In this document: piece by piece, positions 24,058 to 37,900 of the stretch
How positions within the stretch are numbered: the first letter of the stretch is position 1
Layout of the letters: every line of letters starts with the position of its first letter
NCBI GenBank assembly: GCA_000934665.2
Contig: KZ538497.1
Coordinates: 1-64,000, forward strand
Source: Catajapyx aquilonaris
Taxonomy: Eukaryota
Direction: 5' to 3'
Length of the DNA: 64,000 nucleotides
Notes under the pieces: generated by a model
What the model was told of the DNA's origin: nothing
Seen by the model: the letters and a program-made list of their open reading frames with translations, nothing else
The model's database searches: none
Translations under genes and position numbers: made by a program

Positions 24058-24662
24058 CCATTGGCTGCTTACTCATTGCCCCCACTTTTATATCATAATG
24101 CTATTGTATTGTATAATAAATACTGTATAGTGTACACGGAAGGGATGCGTACTTATTTTTAGGATGTAACTAGGTACACGCATGTAATCATCAATACTTT
24201 ATTCAAAGTGTACTCACTTTCTCTATGACCTGATTCATCGCTGCGTATCTACAGTCGATACATTTTCTCAAGGGTAAAACACATCCATACACAATTAGTA
24301 ATCCAGGCATTACACTAACGAATGCCAGCTTTCATTCAATTGCATCAAACTTATGGCGAACTAAATGTGAAACCATTTTCTGCATAATTGTACGAACCAT
24401 AAACAAATCTGAAGGCCTTTTAAAAAATGACTTATTGCGCAGTTGCACGTCAGGTCCTAAAGTTGCCGAACAACCTTTTGAGCACTCATCCCAAATTGCA
24501 ACAAGTACAGGGCCGTCTCTTGCGATCTCATCGTTAAGCCATATCAAATGAGATTTAAAATGCATCGTAACATGATCTTGCATCGAAGTCGCCTGTAAGT
24601 AGAACCGGAATTAGTAGCCGCAATTGGGCCGAAATAAACAAAAGTCTTACTCGAAAGGACGA

Positions 24663-26480
24663 CTATATGAGCCCTTCCATTTCCTTCATGAACTGCAAGT
24701 AAGCGTCGTCCTTCGTCTGCTGCGAAACCTGCGGCATTTTGATCGCCTCCTTTTTCGCTTCTGAAAAACAATACGAGTCATTAACATGCCCGCAATCCGG
24801 GTTATTCGTCCATACCTGCGACGGCCACGATGCGGCTGTCCTTCTTCCGCTTACTGTCCTCTCGCTTCACCCTGAGAGCGGTCGGCAGGAATCTCGTGAC
24901 GTCCGCACTCAAGTTGCGTATCTGCGGCTTTGCTTGGATGGTAGCTCCGACCTGCTTCTTTCCTTCCATCCCGTCGCGAGGGCGGGCTATCAGCTGCGGA
25001 CCTGCACTCAGCACGTTCGGAAGTGCCGGGACGCCTGGAGCGGAAGGGGGCGGTGGGAGCGACGGCGGGGGCGGCCTTGTGGCTGGGGGGCGCATAAGTC
25101 GTGGCGGCGGCATTCCTGGAGGTGGTCCTGGAGGAAGCCGGATTGACATGCGCGGAGGGAGGCCCGGTGGCGGTCCGGGTGGAACGCCAGGGCGGCCTGG
25201 TGGCGGACCAGGAGGCAGGCGGACACCAGGTGGCGGAGGAGGAGGCGGACGAAACATCATCGGAGGTGGAGCAGCCGCCATGTTCTGAAGCACCGGCGGA
25301 ACATCCCGATCGTTCGACTCCAAATCGTCCCCATCCGACTTCGCCATCTCGCGCCGACGATGAACTTGCTCCATCTGCAACATGTTTAACGATTATCCAA
25401 ACCTGACGGTAACAAGTGTACGCACCTCTTTCATAAATTCTTCAATGTCCTGTCCGGCCATTTGCAACATCTTTTGCTGTAATGCGGTCGGTTGTTGCTT
25501 CTTGCCCCTTTTGTCGCCATCGTCGTCATCGCCGTCGTCCGCGAAACGGATGGTTCGTTGCCGCGATTTGTCCTCGATGGAATCGTCATCATCGCTATCG
25601 CTCAAATCGGGCGGCGGACCAGGCGGCACACCCGGCGGTAGTTTAATCTTTCCGCCCATGCTACGGATGAAAATGAGCGCATTAATTTCCGTAGCGGCTC
25701 GTAGGCGGCTGTACCGACCTGTAGAATGACGTCTTCTTGAGAATCCCATGCGCGGGATGCGCCGCCGCATTGTGCATCGGCATCGCAGGCAGCGGCATAG
25801 CCATTGGGGCATCAGCCGGCAGCGGAATCTGCGAGGGCGCAGCAGCCTGCGGAAGAGCCACAGTCGGAAGCGGAATCTCCTCCACCTGCACCTGCTGGGC
25901 ATGCCGAACCGCCTCGTAATACAAAATGAGCGCACTCCGCCGCTTATCATAGTCGACTTCCATGCGGCGTAGTTCCGCCCACTTCTCCGGATCTTCCTTT
26001 TGCTGCGAAAAAGATTGCGACATTAACCAGAACATAAAACAACGAAGCGCGACTTACGTATAGCTTGAGAACACGGTCGAACGTGTCCTTCAACTTCTTC
26101 CGCTTATCTTTCAACACCTTCTCGTTCAAAATGGGTGGCTGCATCACGTTGAATTCTGTTTGGGGGCAACATTTCTTAAATTGAAGAAAGGAGTGCGTTT
26201 AATTAGCAATTTAAAAAGGCGTACCCATCTGATCAATCTTTTCCATTTCGGACACGAGTTGATTCGGATCCTTCCCTTTCAACACAGCGGCCCTGACCAT
26301 CTGCCGCTGCTTCTTGTTCTTCTTCAGCTCCTTTTTCCTCGCCTCTTTTCCTACAAAAAGCCCCATTTAATTAATTATTTTGCTTTAATTATTTGCTTAA
26401 TTAATGTTCCTCTTACGTGCTTGATCAGTAGGATTCATGTACTTCCCACTCTTGGTGGTGTTGATGGACCTTCTTCCCAT
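24663..26480 (-). CDS. WBP11: WW domain-binding protein 11 (NpwBP/SIPP1 splicing factor), 487 aa, 7 exons
   Basis: Exons 26480-26417, 26350-26225, 26155-26058, 26002-25719, 25660-25426, 25374-24816, 24760-24663. Diagnostic MGRRSINTTKSGKYMNPTDQARKEARKKELKKNKKQR, PPGPPPG repeats, RTIRF, IQAKPQIRNLSADVTRFLPTALRVKR and C-terminal TKDDAYLQFMKEMEGLI. Confidence 0.97.
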
Positions 26481-27546
26481 GGTTCAAGCCTTTTTTTGGG
26501 AGACCCTTTTTTAATGAGCTACACCCGGGCCTAGAACCGGTCCTTTCCGTTCAAAAACCACACGAAAATTTGGCTTGAAAAAATTAGGACGAAAATTTTG
26601 TTCGAAATCAAAGATGGCCGACCAAGCGACAGGTGGCGACATCTGGTGGCCAAATCCGGAAGCTGTGGTTCATAATTCGGCCGGGAGATGTCAGGAGCTG
26701 TCGGATCGCATATTTTGGCTCCAAATTCAAAACTGGCTTTATTTTATTTTTTTAACAAGTAATTTTTTATTTACAACCGGATTTATCTTCATACCCGAAA
26801 GTTGGCATTGTGGAAGCGTACTTGAAGTTCTCCATACCCTGCAAAAGTTTGGACAAAAGGAGTTGGACATTAGTGCCAAAATCTCCCCAAGAACTAAATG
26901 CGGAAGTCCTTAATGAGCATGCCCTCCCATTAAAAGCTCTTGATTTTTTTTTTGGCAAAGGGGGGAAAATGAGGGGGGCAAAAGTTTTGAATGGGGGGGC
27001 AAAAAAAGGAGAGAAAATGATCCTGGCGGGGCTTGATCTCACCTTGGCAACTTCCACCCTCTCGAGACTTATCAGATCCTGGATAACCTTCTCGCCTTCC
27101 AAATGTGCGATTACCGACTTTTGGTGTTGGAAAAGGAGGGACTTTTTGGCACCCCCTTTCGGAAGGAGGGAGGAGGACTCATCAAGGCGGATTCAGGAGA
27201 GGGGGGGATGGCTTTTATCGCCGGCTAAACGGGATCCATTGCAAACCATCACCGTCAGGCCCAATTGGGGTCAAGGTGATGATGACACCGGATTCCAGAC
27301 GAAAACCCTTGTCTAACAGACCTCCACCGATATAATAATGCAGCCTGCAAAGAGAGCTTGATCCACTTTGCATAATTAAGGTGCCGTGTTACACTCCCCA
27401 GCACTTTGCATGCCTCTACACAACAAAACCAGTGTATAACAGTCATGGATCATACTTAACACCAGGTTTAATTAAGTCACCGGACGCCTTATTATTTTAT
27501 GGTAATATTTTCGTAGCCCGTTTAAGCTGGAGCACCACTTTCTACA

Positions 27547-27866
27547 TCTTACATATATTAAGGGAAAGTGTGTTTGTTTGTATGTCTGGGCTACCCACTT
27601 TCAGACTACTGAGAGTGGTGAAACTTGGCACACTGATAAATGAGTGCGAAAATGGCACCTTTTTAGTGTACCCAAAATTTATGATTTTTCTAGTCTTACA
27701 TATATGCAAGGGAAAGTATGTTTGTTTGTTCGTGGCATACAGTATAAAGGAATGTTTTCACAATAGTAATGGATCAAAATACGAGTTGTGTACGTTTCAA
27801 ACAGTGGTTTGCAAAACGTAATTATTTGTACAGCCATAATTATATGGGCCAATTACACGCTGCTAG
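27547..27866 (+). mobile_element. Possible head-to-tail pair of non-autonomous Helitron-like fragments
   Basis: Near-identical starts tcttacatata..aagggaaagt.tgtttgtttgt at 27547 and 27694; the first copy is preceded by A, begins TC and ends CTAG (27690-27693) immediately before the second TC. The right boundary is uncertain. Confidence 0.4.
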
Positions 27867-28556
27867 CAACTGGAGCACTCGTGTAGACCCTACATGTAAT
27901 TCCACTCACTCTCTAGGGATTCGAACCAAAGTGCACTCTTGTGTTTCTTACCGCTTTGCAGGTTACGACACAACCTCTGCTTATCTCTGTGACAGTTTCA
28001 TATTTTTTATATATTATTTTGCAAGATACGTATACCTCGATACGTACATTATGAATGAAAATGCACGTGCACTCATGGGACTATATTGGTAAATACACTG
28101 CCCTCTCTCCAGGGAGGAAAAGGAGGGCAAGTCTGCTCACGACATGTGATTATAATACTGGGGAGGCCAAAAGTCTCCAAACATTTTCTCGTGACTGATG
28201 ACTGGTCATATCAATTATTTGGAGCCATTCACAGCGAATTAGTCAGACCGCTCTAGTGTGCGCATATGGTCGGATTGAGTTCGAGTGAATTTTATATGGC
28301 TCGAGCGCCTATACTACTCATTCATATCCATATTCTGATTGACCCCTGCAGTATAAAAGGGGTGGGTAGGCATAAAACTGACACCTTTAGACATGTTATC
28401 GCGTGATCTCAGACACGATCTGCAAAAAGTGGCCGGACTTTACATGTGTACAGTACATACAGCAGCACGAAAAAATATCTTTCTCCGATTGCACCAACCG
28501 AAATTACTGATCCGATAGCTCCTAATGAATCGTTAGGTTCACTTGCAATGCATAAT

Positions 28557-28903
28557 CAGGGAGCATATACTACATAAGAGGCGCAAACATTCGATTTCCG
28601 CGTCTCTCTGTTTGGGGCCGTTGCCAAGGCTGGCGGCCATGTTGAAGTGTGGGGAACGCCAACGAGGTATAAATAGGGTACAGGCAAAAATAGGGTCCGC
28701 CATCTTTGATTCGCGCGTGTTCTTGCCATGTAGTTGCCATGGCTGCCAAAATCACCAAAGATGGCGGACCATATTTTTGACTGTACCCTATTTATACCTC
28801 GTTGGCGTTCCCCACACTTCAAGATGGCCGCCAGCCTTGGCAACAACCCCAAACAGAGAGACGCGAACATCAAAGGCGCCTCTTATGTAGTATATGCTCC
28901 CTG
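28557..28903. mobile_element. 347-bp foldback MITE with 7-bp target-site duplication, probably P-element superfamily
   Basis: The element is almost entirely one inverted repeat with perfect 28-bp termini (cagggagcatatactacataagaggcgc); GCATAAT is directly repeated at 28550-28556 and 28904-28910. CANRG-type ends and 7-8 bp TSDs are characteristic of the P superfamily. Confidence 0.9.
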
Positions 28904-31900
28904 GCATAATATTATGAGCATGTTGACTTTTGAAACCACCTGTACCCTTTTATGAACCGTGCAATGAGAGGGGCTTGTGGATAAATATTTCAAGCCCCCT
29001 CCCTGCATGATGTTGACTGGAGTTGGCCAATCTGGGTCTCCTGGACAGTTTTCGGGGGAGGGTATGAGCTTATCTGGCCTCAGCCGATTATGCGTCTGGC
29101 TTGGAGCTCGTTTGGTGAATGGGGGAGGTCGATGGGGGTAGATATGTCGTAATCAGGGGCTCAGGTGCTACCTGTTGGAGCACGCCAACCCTCCTCCTCC
29201 AAAAAAAAAAGAAAGAAAAGAAAGAAGAAGAAGTGCTGATTAGACCCCAGGTTGGTAATTGACGTAGGTAGGTACAGAGTATATATACGGTGGGTGGAGA
29301 AGGAGATCAGTCTGGATCATGACAGCCCTAATTAATTTCCTGTCAGGTGTCTGGGGGAGGAGTCACGTGGGTTGAATTTTTTGGGGGGAGGCTGGCCATT
29401 GGGGGTGCTGAGCACATGAGAGTTTGTGGTCACGCATGGGACGTCAGGGGGTGTCAGAGCAGCGCCGGAAGTGCAGCCGGAAGCTGCGATGATGAGGCCA
29501 GGGGGGTATATATATAATGTGGAGTTGATTTTCTGATGGAGCGATGGAAAAGGTTGGATATAGATCGCTCGAGATGGATTGCACCCAATTTCAACAGTAG
29601 CTTGTACCCTTCTGTACCCGCACACAATAACAACCCAGAATGTACCGCACAACGTGCAGATTGATTTTTATTAATTAACAACAGTTACAAAAAAATAAAT
29701 ATTGGATATCGCTTGAAAGGAGCAAGTCTCCAGATAATTACCGCATTGTCCCAGTATTTAAACACTACTAAAAACCACAAGAAAGTTTTACAAATATAAT
29801 CAATATCCATTGAATCGTTGGCAAAATATAATTAAGAAACCCAAATCTGTATCGGACTTGGGAGAATCTGAGCAAGCCTTCTTCTATTGATTATTTCTCT
29901 CGGCAGGTTTTAAAGCAAGTTTGGTTGGTGCCAAAGACGCGAAAGAAATTGTGGGGATTAACTTACAGACAGCAACCCAACTCTAAGAATGGGAAAACAC
30001 TGCCAACAAGTCTCACCCTGAAAATCCTCAGATCATTAACTTCCACTGGATGTGCAAAATCTAGGTTCTAATTCGGATTTTTTTTTTTAAAAAATCTTCG
30101 GGTGAGATCCTTACGCAACAATGAATAATTTTTTTTGCACCAGCAGGTTGGCCCATCCAAGGGGGGGTCAAAAAAAGTGTTGCATGTCTCCAGTTCAGAG
30201 AAAATAAAAATAAAAGGTCGGGTCTGCGTGTGTGCCCCCATGATGTTTTCCGACCACCAATCAGCGACTCGTTTTAACCCTGCTGCTGAGACGAATAAAG
30301 GTTGTTGGTATATGCTACACAACCAAGTGGATAAAAAGAGTGGGTGCAGAAATTCCGGAAATGGACGCCCCAAAGGCGACTTTGTGCGGGTTGGATTTGC
30401 AGATTTTTTTTTTGCAAGTTCCGCTTTTGCCAGGTCACCTTTTCCCATTTGTTACCATCCACAACCGCTTTATTTTTTCTCGGCTTTTTTCCCTCCATCG
30501 GGCGGCTAAATCAGCCCTCGAATAGGGGGAAAAAATAATTTTTTTTATAGCTTTTTGCGTGGAGATATGGCTGAAACTGCTGCATAATTATCAGGCAGGC
30601 AGAACTTTAAAAAAAATGCGAAAGTTTTTAAATTGCCGAACTGAAATATTGGCACAGCAATATTGTTGGGTAATTAGGTTTTAACATTAATATTAATATT
30701 CCAGCACTGGTTGGTTACATTACAAACTTTCATTTTACAGCAGATTATACGTTTTATTCTGACTTGTAATTTTCGTATATACTCTTTGCTGTTTTAGCAT
30801 TTCCACTCCACTGCTTTTATTATTAATGCAAAAATTATGCGGAATATGTCATTTCGTTGCATTATTCTACGTCGTATATTATGCTTGAAATGCTCGTGGA
30901 TAATTATGAACATTTCATTAGCACAGAAAAGTTATGATGTTTGTATAATATGAAAGGTCAACAAATGGAACTTGCGCTGACTTTCGTTTCAGCAAGAATT
31001 TATAATCATCGAGATCTCTTCAAGTTTGATTTAATAACGCAACTTGTGCGAAAATGTCAGATGTAATCAACCTACACACGTTATTTTTTCACTTGAAATC
31101 GCAATGTGGCCCGGAAACTATTAACTAATGTCTGTCAGAAAACCCACTTCCCGTATTTAGCACACAATATTACGACACACAGACCTATTTTTGGTGTGGG
31201 TCTGCCGCACTTTTTTTTTGCAAAAAAAAGAGAAACTGGCGTGAGTTACACCCAAGCTTACCACGCTTTTCGTTGTCTTAGGTTTGGGTTGTATAGATTA
31301 ACCGTTCCTTGAGGGGGAGTTACAAGGAAAAACAACCACACGCGATTTCGTCATAACCCGCACTACATTTTTTTGTGTTGCTCTAAAAGTCTATCGAGAT
31401 TCAAGTTTCGCCTTATAACCAACGGCGGATAATATTAGTCATTTTTATACAGCTATCTTTAAAACCATTTTTGTCCTTGCAGCCAGTTTCGTCACACAAC
31501 TTTTTCTTATATATGAAACGGAGCCAATATTCCGGGCTGGTTCGACATGAATTTCGTATGAGCTCCGGTTGTTTGCCGTTCCAATAACATGTGTTGTATA
31601 TACCCCTCCCAATGCGGGGGTCCTTGGATGATAGAAAAGGGGTTAGGCAAGAGGCGGGGTCGGTCCTTCCGGAAACTGTCATCGAATCCGCCCACTAAGC
31701 AGCATCGCGTGACTTTACTTTTTTTTTTTAAAGGGGGGGGTAGGTTAAATCCGGGTGGTGCAACTTGCTAGCTAGACTCCCCATGAAGAAAATAGAAAGA
31801 CGAAAAAAAAAATTATCTAGACATTGATCAAACCCGCGATTTAAAAAAAGGCAGAGTCCAAATCTGTCTCTTTCAAACAAACAAACTATATAAAAAAATG

Positions 31901-34900
31901 ACAGCAATAAATGATTAAATTAGGTCAGCTCCAATATTGATCCCGATTTTTATAATTATGTAGTTATGTTTCTGACCTCAGATCTGATTAAAGGGTTTTC
32001 AAATAGATACGTGGGGGGGCCCCAAAGTGAGATCTTTTATTCGCGTGATTCCGGTTGCGGCAAAAATATGGAACATGATTGTCGCACTTTTTTTTTTGGC
32101 TATAGCAACGCGTCGTTTATTAATGCTGATCTGGTGGCAGTTTTTTTTTTTTACTGGTTGATCGCGTGGTTCTGGATACAGCGAAAAAAATATATATATA
32201 AGGGAGAAATTTCGTAGGAAAGAGTGTTTGGCGTGTGTCCTCATCCTGGACCTCCCCCCCCCCCTCCATGGCATGTCTCACGTGCCCCCTCCCATTTCTC
32301 TAGCCCCCTTTTTTTCTGCTGCACCATTACGTGTCCGACATTAATAAGATGTGAAGACGCAAAGAAAAACACACTAAGGGTTATAATTGCGGAAAATAGG
32401 TTTTTGGCCAGTGTCGCTTGCTTCATGTGAACAGACTTTCCTCTCTTTTTTTTATAGCTTACTCAATTCCTAGGAAAGGACATTTTCATATAAATACTGC
32501 ATTCCTTTCCACATTATGGCCTCCGCTTTGCCTATACATAACTTCACTCCGAGTAACTGCATGTTGCTTTATGCGGGGGGGCCAGCAGCCGAATAGCGAT
32601 GTTAATCTCCTAGGAAAACCAGTATAAAATTTATTTCCATGAACTCACCGCATATGCAATACTGGACACGTGTCGTGACAAGCCCTGACAAACCGCTCAA
32701 AATAGTACGTTGAAATTATATATAAAAAAATATTGTTCATATCCGGAAGTCAACAATCATGCAATAAATGGACGGTGTTATTGCAATAATGTGTCAACCC
32801 ACAAATATGTCAAAATTGAACACATACCCAAATGATCGTTACTTTATTCAGTTAAAACCAATTTGGCGAAATATGCATACTTCGGCCATTAATGACCGAA
32901 AAGCTGTTATTATGTTGGTTGACTCATTATTGCATAACACCGTCCAAATATTGTTAAAAAAAAGTCAATGGATATTTTTTTCTCTCTCTAGCGGTGTCAG
33001 AATCTGGTCCTTCTGTTTCTGCAGACACAAAGTTGGCTCAATTTGGACCCTGAAGAACTTTGCATTGACGTGATTGGCCTAACACATTTTTTTTTCCTTC
33101 TCCTTCTTCTTCCTTCCCTTTTTTTCTTCTTTTCCTTCTCTCCCTTTCCCCAATTTCATCGCGCCGGGAAACTGCCGAGTATAATGTTCCACTTGGAAAC
33201 TCGCATTTTTGAAGGCAACAGAACCAGAAACGCCGACTTTTTTTTTCAACCGATTTTTTTGTGCAGTTCTGGATAACTTACTCTGTTCTGCCAATATTCA
33301 TCGACCTTTCCTCTCTTGTGTGATCAAAACCTGACCTGCTGAAGCATACGCTTGATCTCAAAATAATTAGCAGCATGTGACGCTTCCCGCTTTTGCACCT
33401 GGAGGCTATCATTATCGGGGAGGTGATTTTATCTGCTGCCACGTAGCATAAACCGTCCGGTGAAATCGATTCTGTGCAACTCTCTCTCTGGGCTTTTCCT
33501 TTCCCGATAAGCACACATCTCTCTCTTGGAAACTTTCTAAGAAGGTGCCCCGCCTAGGGGGAAGATGACTCGCACATTTGATAAGACGAGGCAGATTATA
33601 TGCGATCCGAGAAGAAACTAGGGGGGGCAATATTCTGAGGATTAGAAGGCACAATTGCTTCCAACCACCACGATCTTAAACCCCCCCCCTTCAACCCCAT
33701 GTATAGTAGTTATATAAGCCAGTCGTTTGGAGCAAAAGGCCTGGTGCGGTTCTCCTCGCCGAGAAACATTTCATCACGTAATGTGCTGGGTTAAGCGCCA
33801 TCATTCTACGCATCAAACGGCCGCTATTCTGTCAAATGATGGGGGGGCCACACCCCAAGCAATACGTGCATATATAGCGTCGGCTTACACGTCCCCTGAT
33901 GGGCTGAAAAAAAATTAGGAAGTGTAGAGTCAGCATGTCCCCAGCTCGAGAGACTGAAGGTGAAGAAAATTCATTACAGTAACCATGGACAGAAGCAACT
34001 GTTTTTGGTATAAAAAGGGCGGAAATCTACACTGCAATGTTAGTAGTCAACAGTAAAAATGTTCAGAATTATTTATTTTTTTGCGAAAGGCTTCTCCATG
34101 TAAGTTATAGTCTAATGAAACCTAATTAGAAAAGTTGATTACACATTGCCTTTCAGAGGAACAAACAAAGCGCAAATGAGCAATATGATTGGAGAAACCC
34201 TTCAAATGATGTACAGTACTGTACAGTAGGCCTTTAATTTTGTAGCGTACCAGGTAACAAATAATTTATTGCGGACGTCATGAAACATGAAAAGTTTTAA
34301 ACTAACAAGCAGCAGGCTTATTAATCAGCAAAATATGAGAATATGCAATCAAAGCAAAGTTTTGAAGAAGCCTTACGAGTGGTTGACAATATGTGGAGAG
34401 AAACTAAAAGGTCAGGAACTACTCTATACAGAATATAAACAAAAAATCTGCAGGGAATCCGCTACCAGGAAAATTCCAGCAGGTGGCAACCTCCAGAAAT
34501 ATTTCAAGAGGTTTATTGTCTGAAGCGTAAACCTTATGACTCCAGAGGCGGATGTCTCCGGAAGCGTCATCAATTCGACGTGGCTATATGAAGACTTAAA
34601 TCTGATTAATGAGCCTGGTAGTGAACTTCCAGAGAGCTGTAGTATTCCTCTCTCTCTCTCTGAAGGAAAAGAGGGGGGGATCGACATTGCGCAATCGTTT
34701 TCCGCGACATTCGCTTTCCTGCACGGGCTAAAACTGGAGCTAAGGAGTAGTGAGGTGGGGGTGAAGCCAAAAAGGGGTGCAGCTCACGAAACCCTCCCCA
34801 AAAACCCCGTTAATTCGCTTCAATTTCAACTTGGCTCGCTGCCGAGACGGGCATTTTTTGGACCACTACCCCCTTCATTAAGCCCCCATTCCTTTTCTCT

Positions 34901-37900
34901 TTCTCCCGCAAAACACTCTGTCGCAAAATCTTCACACGCACCATTACCTGCTTCTTATTTCATCCTTGCCGCACCTCTATTTTTAGGAGGGGCCAAACCC
35001 AGCAGTTCTGCAGTGTTAGGATGAGACGTCATTGCTGACCACAAAGTATCATCCAATCAGAGTCGGGCCTATAAAGTTACTATCGGGATAAGTCTGAAGC
35101 GCATCTTACGCCTACTCACAAAGAAAGCAATGCCCATAGACGGCAACTATAGGCTTGAAAACATCCGATTGTGTAGATACGACTTTTTTTTTGGTATGAA
35201 AACATTGATGTGATTATATCAGTCAGTTCAGGCTTTAAGCCTAATTAGTGTACCATAATTGCTGCCTGATGTTGCTTTAGTGCAGGATCCCAGCAATTAG
35301 TGACGCAATTACTGCAGGTCCACTTGTCATGAAGTCTTTTGCTATACTCTAATTGTCCGAATTACAGAGGGGGGGGGGGAGCACAGAAAAGTTGATCGGC
35401 TGAGTTTCAGATTCCTTTAGTTTGCTGGTGGGGGTGGTGGAGCATAAAGAAGGGCTTCGTAAGGGGGTGTAGAGGTAGTGTTTATCGTGTGCGTGGGCGG
35501 CTGCTTGATTGCCAATAATGGCAGGGTTAGCTTTGTGTGGCAAGTCTTGGCTTTGGGAAGCACGGGACGCTCGGGAAAGAGAAAAACCTTTCTAGAAGGA
35601 AAAAAAACACGAGAGGAAAAAAAATGCATATATATTCGCGTGCCCCCTCCAATCTTCATGATTTACAGCAGTTGCCCTTAGCACCTTGTAACTCAATCCT
35701 TGCACTTCAGTCGATATACCATATTTTAACTCCATACGCCGCAGCAAGGGTTTGACCTTTTGCATCCAGCAGCACCGGGTGTTTCATAATGTACCCTTGC
35801 ACACCAAGTACCCCCCTCATATAACCTGATTGACCTAGTGGTCCGCAACCCACTTTCCATAATGGTCCTGAGAATCCGATTACACCCGGACTCATGATGC
35901 GATTATGCGGAAAAGCTCCTCGGCATTATTGTGACCCTCGAGAATATCTTTTTGTTAGTTTGCTAGAAAGTCTCGGTGCAGCAGAGATTAAGTGATTGAT
36001 TAGTAGTACTCGCCTCATTCCCGTTCTCATCTAAACGAATGGGCCGTGGTCACAGGAGGCAATCCCTTTTTTTTCTCTCCCCCCCCCCCCTTCCCCGCAC
36101 GATAAAGCTAACTTCCGTCGGCCCCCCGGATAATCCCACCAGAAGCAGCATCCGGACCTCCAGGGGGATAGAACCAACCCGGATAGCCAAAAAATTCGTA
36201 GGGGGGGGAGAGCTGGAATCGAGTCTATTTTCCGGGAGGAAATAAGGCCTCGGGAGACCGCTTACCATTCCCTCAGCGACTCATCCCAGTTCTTGGATTC
36301 TCTCCGTATTTTTTTTTCTCTCTCTATCTTCCGGATATGGCAGAAAATGCTAGGAATATACAGTATTAACAATGTCCTGTGTACAGCTGGACTTGGGTGG
36401 TTTTAAGTGCGGCGTCCGGCCAGCAGTCACTTAGTGCCAGACCAGTGTCCACTTCTCACGGGTTATCGTGCTCTGATGTGCTTAATTGCCAGGGTCGGAC
36501 CGGCTAATTGGCCATTTTTAAAAAGTGTAAGGTGGGAAGGGGACGTAATTATTTTAGGGTCCGCAGTACTGGCTTCATGATGAACAAACATAAGCCAGGT
36601 TAGCCCCTGAAATTCAGGTGACCTGTTGCGCAGAAGAGCCGCATTGGTCATCTAACTGTCAGGATGAACTCTTGGCAAAATGGCATGTAAGATTCGGTGC
36701 GACCAACATGGTATAGGGTCAGAGACCTCTATTTAAAATACCCTGCACAAATGGAGCCTTTAATTGCTTTTACATGCGATCCTAATTGGTCCCACCTTTT
36801 TCTCCACTCGCACTCATCAAGCATTCTGGTCCAGATAGGAGCAGCATCCAACCGGGGGGTGAATGTCAAGTTGTCAACGTATAGGTAACAGAGTGTATGT
36901 GTTCTCCCAGGAGTATCAAAATTGGTAATACCGTGTGCTGCTCTAAGAACCCTGGAAAAACACTGGTCAGGCACGATCTGGTCGGAGGTACACGTAACTC
37001 GGATCCGCTCCATGTTCCCCCCATTTATTGCTACACGGGCCAGATTTGCATCGGCCACACGCAACTGACTCTTGGAGAGCTACAAACAGCATGCAAAATA
37101 CATGTCGTTGCCTTTCCTCCTCCTCCTCTCCCCACCACCACCGTCCTCCATCCCCACCCATTCCCTCTTGCTATACAGGCTAGCTCTTGTTTAGTTTCCA
37201 CGCAAGGCGAGTATGTCGTCGGTGTTCATTGCCGACCTTTCTGTCCGGCCGTGCAGATGAGATCCAGTCACGAGATACATGCTACGGACGTACCATTGCC
37301 TGCCTGCCTGCATGCGCACGGATTATTGTTTAGCTCATTGTTGCCAGCCGGATCAGCTTCTAGTGACAACAGGCGTCACGACACACTCGGGCTTGAAAAA
37401 TCGCGATCTCAATCTGTATACACGATGTCAAAAAATATCCAATAGTGCAGCAGAGGAAAACTGTTTGTGCATAATGTGATCTTTTAAAAAAGTTTATTGA
37501 ATAATTGAGTATGGTAATTTTCTGGGATTGCAAACTGAAAAATGTAAACAAGGCCTTGAAACCTTAACCTATACGTATACAGCAAAACTTTGTTCCAAAA
37601 GCCTGACAAGTACAGCTTCATTAGCCGGGAAATCAATATGTAATGCAAAGTGTTTCAAATCTTAACTTTCCAGGAATCGACTGCTCCTGGACAACTTTTG
37701 TATTGCGATGTAGCTTTTTTTTGTCTAAGAAAAAGTAGAGTTATTACAGGGTGTCCTGACTTGCAATGTCGCTGTAGGACTAATGTATGTTCAAGTGTTA
37801 TTTTGTTCAGCGTCTCTTTCATTATTGAGGTCATTACTTTTAATAAGGTAGAAGAGTATATGTCACGGCCCTTGAGCGGATTCTGCCTTTAACACCCATC

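Noticed and set aside
21591..25560. Adjacent convergent genes SARA and WBP11 both carry PP1-docking RVxF-type motifs
   Set aside because: Both motifs are known features of these families, and adjacency alone gives no evidence of a functional cluster.
19773..25972. Many long overlapping or antisense ORFs within SARA and WBP11 (e.g. 19916-20404, 24830-25288)
   Set aside because: Expected shadows of GC-rich, Pro-rich coding sequence.
26810..27316. 168-aa plus-strand ORF
   Set aside because: Non-ATG start, runs through homopolymer tracts, and the splice signals here point to the opposite strand.
28543..28955. Mirror-image ORFs on both strands
   Set aside because: A by-product of the foldback MITE symmetry.
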